From Elusimicrobiota bacterium (GTDB lineage: Bacteria; Elusimicrobiota; Elusimicrobia; Elusimicrobiales; UBA9959), in assembly GCA_003482905.1 (NCBI GenBank), contig DMXM01000029.1:41108-105107 (forward strand): a DNA stretch of 64,000 bases. The letters run 5' to 3'. The position numbers and the translations under genes are program-made. The notes beneath the pieces are model-generated. The model ran no database searches. It saw nothing but the letters and a program-made list of their open reading frames with translations, and had not been told where the DNA came from. Shown here piece after piece: positions 1 through 9,099 of this stretch (the first letter of the stretch is position 1; the number at the start of each line of letters is the position of its first letter).

Positions 1-259
1 ACTTAGAGATGTCCTTGGCCAGCGGCAGCACCACGTTCATGGGCGTGCCACCAGGCATGTCTATTAGAAATATCAGCCCGTCTTCGGAGCGCATCTCGTC
101 GATAGCCCTGGCAGCGCAGTCTTTGACGCGCTCCAGCGTCATGCGCGCCGATATCGACACGTTCTTGAGGCCCGCGGCCTGCACGCCCACTATCCCCTCG
201 GCGGCCTCTATAAGATAAGCCCCGAACTCCCCGTGCGTGATCACGATTATGTTGATCAT
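1..259 (-). CDS. PTS mannose/fructose-family IIA component (3' end truncated by window edge)
   Basis: Not in ORF track. Manual translation from ATG 259: MINIIVITHGEFGAYLIEAAEGIVG...GLIFLIDMPGGTPMN; ITHG and DxxGGTPxN are EIIA-Man motifs; follows rapZ/hprK. Confidence 0.85.
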   Translation of the reverse strand, partial: MINIIVITHGEFGAYLIEAAEGIVGVQAAGLKNVSISARMTLERVKDCAARAIDEMRSEDGLIFLIDMPGGTPMNVVLPLAKDISK

Positions 260-287
260 AATATTCCAGTGCAACGCGCGGCGCGCG

Positions 288-1142
288 TTATTTCCTGATA
301 TCCCGGTGGTATTCCGAGACCGAAAAACCGGCGGAGGTCAGCCTCCTGGCCATCTCCCCGGCGATGTAGACGCTGCGGTGGCGGCCCCCGGTACAGCCGA
401 TGGCGATGGTGAGGTAGGACTTCCCTTCCTTGACGTAAAGCGGCAGCAGGGCCTTTATCTGGTCGGTGTAGCCCTTGAGGAAATTCCGGAAGCCCGGCTT
501 GCTTTTTAGATAGTTCCCCACCGGCGCGTCCAGGCCGGTCTTGGCGCGCAGCGCGGGCACATAATACGGGTTGGGCAGAAAACGCACATCCATTACGATG
601 TCGGCGTCGAGCGGGATGCCGTATTTATAGCCGAAGGAAATAACGGAAAGCTTCATCTCGGCGGTGCGCCTGAGCTCCAGCATGCCCGACAGGATCTCCT
701 TGAGCTCGCCCAGGGTCAGCTTGGTCGTGTCGATGACCTTGTTGGCGCGCGCGCGCAGGTCGGCCAGGATGCGGCGCTCTTCCTTGACGGCCGCGGCGAT
801 ATTCTTGCCGAGCGGGTGGCGGTGGCGGGTTTCGGAGAAGCGCTGCATCAGCACCGCGTCGGCGGCGTCGAGGAACACCACGCGGCAGTCCAGGCCCAGC
901 TTGCCCAGGTTGTCGAGCGTGCGCACGAAGTCCTTGAAAAAGCGGCCTTCGCGGATGTCTATGCCCAGGGCCACGCTCTTGAGGTAGCGGCGGGACTGTA
1001 TCAGCGCGGCGAACGCCGGGATAAGGGCTATCGGCAGATTGTCCACGCAGAAGAACCCGAGGTCCTCGAAGGATTTGAGTGCCTGGCTTTTGCCGGCGCC
1101 GGACATGCCGGTGATGATGAAGATCTTGCCGTTCTTGCCCAT
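288..1142 (-). CDS. rapZ: RNase adapter RapZ (YvcJ family P-loop protein)
   Basis: ITGMSGAGKS, CVDNLP, SFGYKYG, DVRFLPNP, IGCTGGRHRSV motifs. Confidence 0.95.
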   Translation of the reverse strand: MGKNGKIFIITGMSGAGKSQALKSFEDLGFFCVDNLPIALIPAFAALIQSRRYLKSVALGIDIREGRFFKDFVRTLDNLGKLGLDCRVVFLDAADAVLMQRFSETRHRHPLGKNIAAAVKEERRILADLRARANKVIDTTKLTLGELKEILSGMLELRRTAEMKLSVISFGYKYGIPLDADIVMDVRFLPNPYYVPALRAKTGLDAPVGNYLKSKPGFRNFLKGYTDQIKALLPLYVKEGKSYLTIAIGCTGGRHRSVYIAGEMARRLTSAGFSVSEYHRDIRK

Positions 1143-2107
1143 TATTTTTTACTCATCTCCCTGATGAGGCTTTCATTGAATTTTTTGGCTACGAAATAGC
1201 CCTGGTTCTTCAGGCGCTGGTTCAGCGCGGCCACCTCTATTAGCACGGCCAGGTTGCGTCCGGGCGTGACCGGCAGGCGCAGCGAAGACACCGGCACCTC
1301 CAGGATCTGCACTTCCGCCGCCGAAAGCCCGGTGCGGTCGTAAGTGCCCAGGGAGCCGGACGCCACGCTTTCCAGCTTTACGTGCATTTCTATAAGGGAC
1401 TGGTCCATAATGGAGCCGATGCCGAAGAGAAGCTCCACGTCGATAATGCCCAGCCCGCGCACTTCCATGTAATGCTTTATGTTCTTGGGGGAATTGCCCA
1501 CCAGCATGTAGCCGATGCGCCGCTTCACTTCCACCACGTCGTCGGCTATCAGGATATGGCCGCGCTTCAAAAGCTCCAGCGCGCACTCCGACTTGCCCAC
1601 GCCCGAGTCGCCCTGAATGAGCACGCCCAGGCCGTAGACGTTGACCAGCACGCCGTGCACGTAGGTGGTGGCGGCCAGCTGGTCGTCGAGAAAGGTGGTG
1701 ATCTCGCGGATGAAGGCCGAGGTGTCCTCGGTGGTCACCATCAGCGGGATATTCGCCTTGGAGCAGGCCTGTTTTATGACCGGCAGAGGCTTGACCCCGC
1801 CGGTGACGATAACGCAGGGAATGTCGGGCGCGGCGAACATCTTCTGCAGGTTCGCCATCACCCGGCGGGGGTCTTCCTTCTGGCAGTAGGCGTATTCGCC
1901 CTGGCCGATTATCTGTATGCGCTCGGAGCGGAACTGCTCCATGTGCCCGGCTATGGCCAGGCCCGGACGGTTTATTTCGCTGACGGTGATGCGCCGGCCC
2001 AGGTTCTTCGAGCCGGACACGGCCTTAAGCCCGAGGATCTTTCCCCGGGACTTTATCAGCTCCCTGACCGTCAGGGACTTGCCTTCCTTCTTGGCCTGTT
2101 GGGACAT
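1142..2107 (-). CDS. hprK: HPr(Ser) kinase/phosphorylase
   Basis: NRPGL, HGVLV, GDSGVGKSECALEL, ADDVV, MEVRGLGII, PGRNLA. Confidence 0.96.
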   Translation of the reverse strand: MSQQAKKEGKSLTVRELIKSRGKILGLKAVSGSKNLGRRITVSEINRPGLAIAGHMEQFRSERIQIIGQGEYAYCQKEDPRRVMANLQKMFAAPDIPCVIVTGGVKPLPVIKQACSKANIPLMVTTEDTSAFIREITTFLDDQLAATTYVHGVLVNVYGLGVLIQGDSGVGKSECALELLKRGHILIADDVVEVKRRIGYMLVGNSPKNIKHYMEVRGLGIIDVELLFGIGSIMDQSLIEMHVKLESVASGSLGTYDRTGLSAAEVQILEVPVSSLRLPVTPGRNLAVLIEVAALNQRLKNQGYFVAKKFNESLIREMSKK

Positions 2108-2123
2108 GGGCGGCGCTTAAGAG

Positions 2124-2645
2124 CTACTTCTTGACCGGCTGCAGCAGGCCGTAGGTGCTGTCGATGCGCTTGAAGACCACCTGCAGCTGTTTGGAGCCGC
2201 GGTCCTGGAACACCCAGAAATTATAGCCGATCTTCTCCATTTCCATCACGGCCTCTTCCTTGTTCATGGGCTTAAGGGGCACGTCTTTTACCACGGAGAA
2301 GCGGATCTCGGGGCCCACCAGGGTGGTGAACTCGCCCAGGTCGACGGTCTCGGTGGCGTGATGGTCGGTAAAGCGCTCTTTGTACTTCTTCACCTGCACT
2401 TCCATCTTGTCCATGGCCTTGTCTATGGCGGAGTACATCTCGTCGGTGGAGGCGGCGGCCTTCATGGTCTGGTGGCCGGCGTGCACTATCACTTCGGCGG
2501 AGTGGATCTTCTTCTCCACGGAAATTATCACCTGAGCCCAGACTATGTTGTCGAGGTACTCGTGAAGTTTTGAAAGTTTGGCCTCGATAAAGTCCTTTAC
2601 CGGCTTGGTCATCTTCAACTTGCGGGCCACTATATGTATTCTCAT
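2124..2645 (-). CDS. hpf: Ribosome hibernation promoting factor, long form (HPF/RaiA)
   Basis: DEMYSAIDKAMDKME and C-terminal KPMNKEEAVMEME...YGL. Start moved to ATG 2645, which follows a GGAGGA RBS. Confidence 0.9.
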   Translation of the reverse strand: MRIHIVARKLKMTKPVKDFIEAKLSKLHEYLDNIVWAQVIISVEKKIHSAEVIVHAGHQTMKAAASTDEMYSAIDKAMDKMEVQVKKYKERFTDHHATETVDLGEFTTLVGPEIRFSVVKDVPLKPMNKEEAVMEMEKIGYNFWVFQDRGSKQLQVVFKRIDSTYGLLQPVKK

Positions 2646-2763
2646 TGTATCCTCCATGCTGCGCTCGACTAAAACATGACCTTTCCGGCGCTTTAGGCGC
2701 CAGTGGTGCTATTATTTATATTTTAATTGATTTAGAGCCCTTTTTCAATGCGAATTAGCATAT

Positions 2764-2866
2764 AAATGGGGTCAGGTCTTGATTTTTAGCATTGAACTCA
2801 GAACGACCCCGCACATACCCCCACGGAATGCCCGAAAATGCTAAAAATCAAGACCTGACCCCATTT
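2764..2866. repeat. Perfect 30-bp inverted repeat, REP/REPIN- or MITE-like
   Basis: AAATGGGGTCAGGTCTTGATTTTTAGCATT (2764-2793) and its exact reverse complement (2837-2866), 43-bp spacer. Confidence 0.85.
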
Positions 2867-2881
2867 TGCTATCATTTCGCT

Positions 2882-3553
2882 ATGCTGCTTGAGGTTAAGG
2901 GATTGGTTAAGGTGTTTCCGGCGCCAGTTTTCACTGGAACGGCACCGCTGCGGGCCTTGGCCGGCGCGGACCTTACGGCTGACACCGGGGTGACCGGCCT
3001 GGGGGGCCCCAACGGCTCGGGCAAGACCACGCTTTTCAAGACGCTGGCCGGCATACTGGAGGCCGACGGCGGCACCATAATGCTGGGCGGAGAGGCGGCG
3101 GACTCCCGGCGGCTGCGGGCCATGGCCGCCTATTGCCCCGCCAATCCCAGGAGTTTCTATTTCCGCCTGAGCGCGGCCGAGAATCTGCGCTTCTTCGGCG
3201 CGCTGGCCGGGCTGTCCCCCTCCGAGGCCGCCGCCAGCGCCGTTAAGCTGGCCGCCCGGCTGGGTTTGTCGGCCGCGGACCTGGACCGCCGCTTCGACCG
3301 TCTTTCAGAAGGCAATATGCAGAAGATCTCGCTGATAAGGTCATTTTCTCGGCGGGCGCCGCTGCTGCTGCTGGACGAGCCGTTCCGGGGCCTGGACGGG
3401 ATCTCCTGCCGGGGACTTCTGGAGTTGATAGCCGAAGCGGGATTAAGTTCCACGGTGCTGATTACCAGCCACAGCCGCGAACTGCTCTCGGCCGCGGCGG
3501 CGAGAACGCTGCGCATAGAGAACGGCAGGGTGCCGGCAGGGGGCCCCCAATGA
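2882..3553 (+). CDS. ABC transporter ATP-binding protein
   Basis: GPNGSGKT, LSEGNMQK, LLLLDEP, TSH. Start moved to ATG 2882 because the upstream ORF extension is just the repeat element. Confidence 0.9.
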   Translation: MLLEVKGLVKVFPAPVFTGTAPLRALAGADLTADTGVTGLGGPNGSGKTTLFKTLAGILEADGGTIMLGGEAADSRRLRAMAAYCPANPRSFYFRLSAAENLRFFGALAGLSPSEAAASAVKLAARLGLSAADLDRRFDRLSEGNMQKISLIRSFSRRAPLLLLDEPFRGLDGISCRGLLELIAEAGLSSTVLITSHSRELLSAAAARTLRIENGRVPAGGPQ

Positions 3554-4362
3554 ACGCCGCCCGCGTAATAGCCGCTTTTATACGCCGCGATTTCCTGGCC
3601 GAGAGGAGCTACCGGCTTTCTTTCGCGCTGGGAGCGCTGGCCACGCTGGGCAACCTGGCAGTATTTTATTTTATCGGGAAGCTTTTCGGCGGGGCGATGG
3701 CGCCGCAGCTGGAATATTTCGGCGCGGGCTATTTCCCCTATGTGTTCACGGCCATGGCTTTCTTCGGTTATATCGGCACGGGGGCGGGCTCCTACGCCGG
3801 GCGGCTGCGCCTGGAGCAGACCCAGGGCACGCTTGAGGCCACGCTTTCCACGCCGCTCGGCGTAATACAGCTGCTGGCGGCTATGTCGGCCTGGAACTTC
3901 CTTTTCGCCACTTTCGAACTGCTGATATACGCCCTGGTCGGGATCTTTATTTTTAAACTGGACTTTGCCGCGGCCAATTGGCCCGCGGCGGCCCTGGTCT
4001 TCTTCCTGTCGGCCGCCTGCTTCGCGGCGCTGGGGATATTGTCGTCCTGCTTTGTGATGCTTTTCAAGCGGGGCAACCCGCTGGCCTGGCTGTTGAATAA
4101 TTTCGAGGGGCTGCTGGGCGGGGTTTACTTCCCGGTGGCGGTACTGCCGGCGTGGCTGGCGGCGGTGTCGAACCTGCTGCCCGTCACCTACGCGGTGCGG
4201 GCCTTCCAGCTGACCGTGCACAAAGGCGCGGGCCTCTCCGCCATAAAAGGCGACCTGCTGGCGCTGATAATTTTCGACGCCGTCCTCATCCCGGCCAGCG
4301 TCTGGTTGTTCGGTTTGTCCGTGGAGCGCGCCAGGAAAGCCGGGACGCTGGGCGAATATTAA
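3550..4362 (+). CDS. ABC-2 type exporter permease
   Basis: About 6 hydrophobic segments; EQTQGTLEATLSTP, LLGGVYFPVAVLPAWL, LPVTYAV; ATGA overlap with the ATPase. Confidence 0.9.
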   Translation: MNAARVIAAFIRRDFLAERSYRLSFALGALATLGNLAVFYFIGKLFGGAMAPQLEYFGAGYFPYVFTAMAFFGYIGTGAGSYAGRLRLEQTQGTLEATLSTPLGVIQLLAAMSAWNFLFATFELLIYALVGIFIFKLDFAAANWPAAALVFFLSAACFAALGILSSCFVMLFKRGNPLAWLLNNFEGLLGGVYFPVAVLPAWLAAVSNLLPVTYAVRAFQLTVHKGAGLSAIKGDLLALIIFDAVLIPASVWLFGLSVERARKAGTLGEY

Positions 4363-5906
4363 TCCTTCCTTATCGCCGCGTACTCAGCGGCCTGCGGGGC
4401 CAGGGCCGTGAAGAAATTAAATTTCTCGTCCCCGCCCGAGGGCGCCGCGCCCGCGTCCTTCCAGGAGTCGCCAGCCCTATAAAGCAACGCCACCTTCTCC
4501 GCGGGAGAGGCTTCCTTCGGGACCCTGAATTCGAGCTGAAGGTCGCCCTGCGGACTGCCGGGCAGGACCCCTGTGCGCCAAAGCCCGAGCGGCAGCGTCC
4601 CGGCGGGCAATCCCGCGGGCGCCGCAGCCGAAGGCAGGCCCTCGGCCACGCTGAATCCGGCCGGAACCTCCCCCCTCAGCAACGCGACGAACGTCATCGA
4701 GTACAGCCCGGACTCTCCGGAAACCGCCTTTATCTCATACTTCGCGCCGCGGGTCGACAGCGCCAGCGGCCTGGACGAGATATTGAACTTGAAATTCCTG
4801 TAACCCTCGGGAGCTGGCGCAGCCGGCCGTTCAGGAGCGGCCGCGCCGCCGCGCCCGGAGGAGAGCGAGCCGAAGCTCAAATTAATTGAGAACCTGTGAG
4901 AATTGCCCAGCACCCCGAAAGGCGTGAAGGCATAATCGAAGGTGAGCCGGTCGAAGACCACACCCGCGCCGGCGGAGAAGCCGGAACTGGCGCCCAGCTC
5001 GTTGCCGTACATGCGGTAGCGGTAGCCGCTCCTGATTGCCAGCCGCTCCGTTAGAGGATATTCCGCTCCTATGGCCGCAGATGGGTAGTTATCCACCGGT
5101 TTGGCGACCTCCAGCGCCAGCAGCCCGCCAAGACCCGGCAGCGGACGGCTTAACCCGGCTTTGAAGACCAGCGGCAGACCATAGCGGCGGGAAACCAGCT
5201 TGATGCCGGGGCCAAGGTTCTGCACCGTAAAGCCTGCCGTGTAAGGCACGCCGTCGCGTCTGAATTCCCGGAGCAAGCCCAGGTCCAACGCCACCGAACC
5301 ACCCGACTCGTCGTCGATGGTCTGGCGTATTACCTTAAAAGCCGCACCCAGCGACAAGTCAGCGCCGCGGCGCCAGCCGTAACCGGCAGAGAAGGCCAGG
5401 TCATAGGCGCCGAACGTCCCCTCCACGGGGGAGATAGGATTAACCGGGTCCGCCTCATAAAGGCCGCTGCGGCGTTCCATTTCCTTGGGCGTGTAAAAAT
5501 AATTCAAACCCAGGCCGAAAGCCCCGTTCCCTGGACGGCCGACCAACGGCAGGTCGAAACAGGCGGCGGGCGCGGTGTAAAACAAGAATTCCTGACCCAG
5601 GCCCTGAAAATAATCGTTGTGGAAAAGCCCGGCATGCCGCTTCCCGTCGAGGCCGGCAAGGCCGGCGGGATTCCAATAGATCGCGTAAGGGTCGCCGGGC
5701 ACCGCGGAGAAGGCTCCGCCCATGGCCACGGCGCGGGCGCCCACTCCCAGCTTCAGGAAAGACGCAGAGGTGCTGCCGGCGGACGGATAGATCTTCGACG
5801 CGCCGGCCGGCCCGGCCCAGGCGCAGAGCAAGGCGAGGAGCAGGACGCGGACCGGCAACCCCGGCCGCCCCTCTCCCTTGTTATTTACCGCTCGCTCGTC
5901 TCTCAT
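4359..5906 (-). CDS. PorV/PorQ (UPF0164)-family outer-membrane beta-barrel with C-terminal extension
   Basis: Signal peptide, then FLKLGVGARAVAMGGAF...AIYWNPAGL, and DYAFTPFGVLGNSHRFS at the barrel end. Confidence 0.8.
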   Translation of the reverse strand: MRDERAVNNKGEGRPGLPVRVLLLALLCAWAGPAGASKIYPSAGSTSASFLKLGVGARAVAMGGAFSAVPGDPYAIYWNPAGLAGLDGKRHAGLFHNDYFQGLGQEFLFYTAPAACFDLPLVGRPGNGAFGLGLNYFYTPKEMERRSGLYEADPVNPISPVEGTFGAYDLAFSAGYGWRRGADLSLGAAFKVIRQTIDDESGGSVALDLGLLREFRRDGVPYTAGFTVQNLGPGIKLVSRRYGLPLVFKAGLSRPLPGLGGLLALEVAKPVDNYPSAAIGAEYPLTERLAIRSGYRYRMYGNELGASSGFSAGAGVVFDRLTFDYAFTPFGVLGNSHRFSINLSFGSLSSGRGGAAAPERPAAPAPEGYRNFKFNISSRPLALSTRGAKYEIKAVSGESGLYSMTFVALLRGEVPAGFSVAEGLPSAAAPAGLPAGTLPLGLWRTGVLPGSPQGDLQLEFRVPKEASPAEKVALLYRAGDSWKDAGAAPSGGDEKFNFFTALAPQAAEYAAIRKD

Positions 5907-5927
5907 AAAGGCTTCCTCTTTCCCGCC

Positions 5928-8900
5928 TCAATGCGCTATCGCGAACTTTTTGGTCACCGTCTTGCTGCCGGCGGAGCTCTCGGCCTTCAGCCTGAAGATA
6001 TAGACCCCGCTGGCCACGTTCCTGACGTTCCAGACTATCTCCGAAGTTTGTCCGGCCGGGCATTCCGACTTTTCCAGCGAAGCCACTTTTTCACCGGCCA
6101 CGTTGTAAACGGCTACCTCTATACCTGCCTTATAGGCTGGCCTGAACTTGAAAGTAACCGTATCACCGGAGGCCGGGTTCGGGTAGGTATACACCTCGTT
6201 ATCGGCCAGCAGGGCGCCGGAAGGCACGTATTCCATCACGCGGAAGATGGAAAAACTTGAAACCTCCGCTCTTACCTTCCTGGCCGCCTCGTCGACCCGG
6301 GAGGTATTCAGCATCACCCAGGCTCCGCCCCTGAGCGTGTAGACGCGCAGGTTGGCCGTCTCCATCCCTGCCACTTCGGCTTCGGTGTAAGGGATGGATA
6401 TCAGCGCCGGCGCCAGCAGGCGGGTCGCCGCGTTCTGGAACCTGACCTCGTAAACTATGCCCGTAGGATTGGCGGAGGCCGCCGCGCTGGCCCGGGAGAG
6501 CGGCGCATAGGCTTCCGGGGCCATGCGCGTCACTATTATCTTGTCGTTCTGCGAGGCGGAGGCCGCCGGAACCGACACTTCCATGCCGTCGACAAGGCGG
6601 ACCACGCCGCCTTGCGCCGCGTCGAAGAAACGCCAGTTGTCGGCAGAGACCCCGTAAGCCTCGCCCTGCATTGCGGAGTCGTTCGTGCTGTCGAAAGCCG
6701 CCACGGAATAATAGTACCGCACGTTCGTGATAGCGGCAGGGTCCCTGTATGCGGAAACGCCGCGGCCCACCGAGGCGTAAGGTGCGGTGGAGACGTAAGA
6801 TCCGGTGAGCGTGCGCCTGAATACGCGGTAGCCGTACACGTCCCCCGCACCGCCCCCGTCGTCAGGGGAAAGTGTCCAGGCCAGGTCCAGGCTGCCTCCC
6901 TCGTCCCCGGGCGCATCCGCCACCGAAAGTTCTGAAGGCGGCTGCGGCGGATAAAGGTCCAGCGCGGCCGCGCCGGAAACAACATTGGATATCAGGGCGG
7001 TGTTGCCTACCTGGTCAACGGTCTTCACCGCGAAATAATAGGTGACCCCGCCGAAAAGGCCGCCGATCTCTTCCGACTCGGTTATCCCGCCAGGACCGTC
7101 CACCGTCCTGCTGCCGCCGGCCAGCGAACTAAAGGCGGCCCAATCCTGCGAAGAGTTCGTTGAATAGCGGATCAGATAATGGGAGGCCTCGCCAACGTTC
7201 CCGTCGTTTCCGGGGGCGGTCCAGTAAAGGCTCACCATCCCCCCGGAGGGACCGGGGGCAGCGGATAGGTCGGAAATAGCGGAGGGAGCGACGCTATCCC
7301 CTGAATTATTAACTGAAAAGGCGTAAACTTCGTCGGAACGCTGCGACTCGGCCCAGCCGTCGAAAGCGGAAACTTCATAAGCGTAAGTGGAACCCGTCAC
7401 CGCGGACGCGTCTATATAGGAGAGACCCGGGGCGGAACCGAGCGAAACATATCCGGCCCCATCGTCACGATACACCTTATATGAGGATACACCGGCCGTA
7501 GGAGACGCCGTCCAGGAGAGGGCGATGGCGTTACCCGAGTCTCCGGGAACGTCGGCCGCCGCCAGGCCGGCGGGAGGCAGCGGCACCGCGTTGACGCGCA
7601 CCCGCACCAGGGCGGTGGAATCGTAACCGGAAACGGCGCTTTCCAGCACGCGCAGCCTGAGAGAATATTCCCCGTTCTCCAGGCCGGAGACGTCCCAGAA
7701 CGCCAGTTCGCCCCCATCAAACGGGGAAGAAGCTGCGGCGGAACTTATCCTCGTCCATTGCGGCAGGACCCCGCCGGTACTATGTTCCAGCTCGTAGCCG
7801 GACAGGTCCGGGCTGTCGAACCAGCCCCTTACCGTCACTGTGCCGTTAAGTACGGCTCCCGCGGCGGGCGCAGACAGGGCGGAACTGCGGCCGGCCCTAA
7901 AACCAAAGACCTTGCCAGAGTAATTGGCCGCGATCACCATGCCGTTGGAAACGGCCGGCGAAGCGTATGCCGGACCGGAGAGGTCCAGGTCGGCCAGCGC
8001 GGCCCCCGAAGTACTTACGGCGATAAGCCTGCCGCCGGGAGTGGCGGCATACACCACCTCGTTGGCCACCGCCGGTGAAGCGAGCATCCCGACTTCCGAC
8101 ACGCCGCCCAAAGAGGCGGACGAAGACCAGACCTTCGACAGCGTACCGGAGGACAGCGCGGCCAGGTGCGCCACGGCCTCGGCGGCCTCGGCCGCGCCGG
8201 CGGTAAAATAGGCAAAACCGCCGGGGTCTACGGCCGGCGAACCGGCCTGGGTCCAGGGACCCGTCTTGGTGAGCTGCGGGGAGAAAGCCAACAGCTCCCT
8301 CGTGGAGGTATCCAGCAAGGAGGCCCTCTTTTCGTCGCGGCCTGGCAGAAAATAAAGGACGCCGCTGGAGACGGCCACGGAGTTCTGGCCGAAGGACCCC
8401 AGCGTGGGATAGGCGGGCCAGCGCGGGGCCAGCGTCAGGGCGCCAAGCGCGTAGACCTGGCCGTCGTTGGCGCCGAAATAGACGTAAGAGCCGTCCGTGG
8501 AAGGGGCGGAATCCACAGGCTGGGCGGCCTGGTAGGAGCCCAGGAGGGCGCCGGTAACCGCATCGTAAACCTTCAGTTTATTCTCGGGCGAACCCGTGCC
8601 GACGTACACCCTGCCGCCCAGAACCAGAGGGGACGAAGCGGAAGCCGCCCCGAGGTCAGCTATCCAGAACAGATCTCCGTTGATCCGGTCTAGGGAGTAA
8701 AGGCGCCCGCCCCGGCAGGAGAAGTAAACGGCGTTACCATAAACCACCGGAGAGGAATCCACCCAGCCGGCCGTCAGCCGTTCCCAGAGTTTTACGCCGG
8801 TGGCCGCGTCAAGCGCGTAAAGTTTATTGGCGCGCGTGCCGACATATACCCGCCCGTCATAAACCGCCGGACTGGAAACTATCCCGCCGGCTGCCTGGAA

Positions 8901-9077
8901 TTCCCAGGGCGTACCCAGCGGCGGCGCGGCTTGCTCGGAGACGTAACCCGTCCTCTCTGGTCCTCCCATGAACATGGGCCAGTCGGCCGCGGCAACCGGC
9001 CCAATGGCGAAAGGCAACAGCCCTGCCGCCCGGAACGCGGTCCGGCATAAGAAGGTTTTGGTCCATTTTGCGCTCAT
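5928..9077 (-). CDS. Exported PQQ-like beta-propeller / FN3 protein with T9SS type-A-like (FlgD-Ig) C-terminal domain
   Basis: ADWPMFMGGPERTG, SSP-V / LYALDAATG repeats, FN3 domains, C-terminus VYTYPNP...VYNVAGEKV...VASGVYIFRL...KKFAIAH. Start moved to ATG 9077 (signal peptide follows; no overlap with upstream gene). Confidence 0.8.
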   Translation of the reverse strand: MSAKWTKTFLCRTAFRAAGLLPFAIGPVAAADWPMFMGGPERTGYVSEQAAPPLGTPWEFQAAGGIVSSPAVYDGRVYVGTRANKLYALDAATGVKLWERLTAGWVDSSPVVYGNAVYFSCRGGRLYSLDRINGDLFWIADLGAASASSPLVLGGRVYVGTGSPENKLKVYDAVTGALLGSYQAAQPVDSAPSTDGSYVYFGANDGQVYALGALTLAPRWPAYPTLGSFGQNSVAVSSGVLYFLPGRDEKRASLLDTSTRELLAFSPQLTKTGPWTQAGSPAVDPGGFAYFTAGAAEAAEAVAHLAALSSGTLSKVWSSSASLGGVSEVGMLASPAVANEVVYAATPGGRLIAVSTSGAALADLDLSGPAYASPAVSNGMVIAANYSGKVFGFRAGRSSALSAPAAGAVLNGTVTVRGWFDSPDLSGYELEHSTGGVLPQWTRISSAAASSPFDGGELAFWDVSGLENGEYSLRLRVLESAVSGYDSTALVRVRVNAVPLPPAGLAAADVPGDSGNAIALSWTASPTAGVSSYKVYRDDGAGYVSLGSAPGLSYIDASAVTGSTYAYEVSAFDGWAESQRSDEVYAFSVNNSGDSVAPSAISDLSAAPGPSGGMVSLYWTAPGNDGNVGEASHYLIRYSTNSSQDWAAFSSLAGGSRTVDGPGGITESEEIGGLFGGVTYYFAVKTVDQVGNTALISNVVSGAAALDLYPPQPPSELSVADAPGDEGGSLDLAWTLSPDDGGGAGDVYGYRVFRRTLTGSYVSTAPYASVGRGVSAYRDPAAITNVRYYYSVAAFDSTNDSAMQGEAYGVSADNWRFFDAAQGGVVRLVDGMEVSVPAASASQNDKIIVTRMAPEAYAPLSRASAAASANPTGIVYEVRFQNAATRLLAPALISIPYTEAEVAGMETANLRVYTLRGGAWVMLNTSRVDEAARKVRAEVSSFSIFRVMEYVPSGALLADNEVYTYPNPASGDTVTFKFRPAYKAGIEVAVYNVAGEKVASLEKSECPAGQTSEIVWNVRNVASGVYIFRLKAESSAGSKTVTKKFAIAH

Positions 9078-9099
9078 AGAATTTCCGCGGCCTGTCTTC

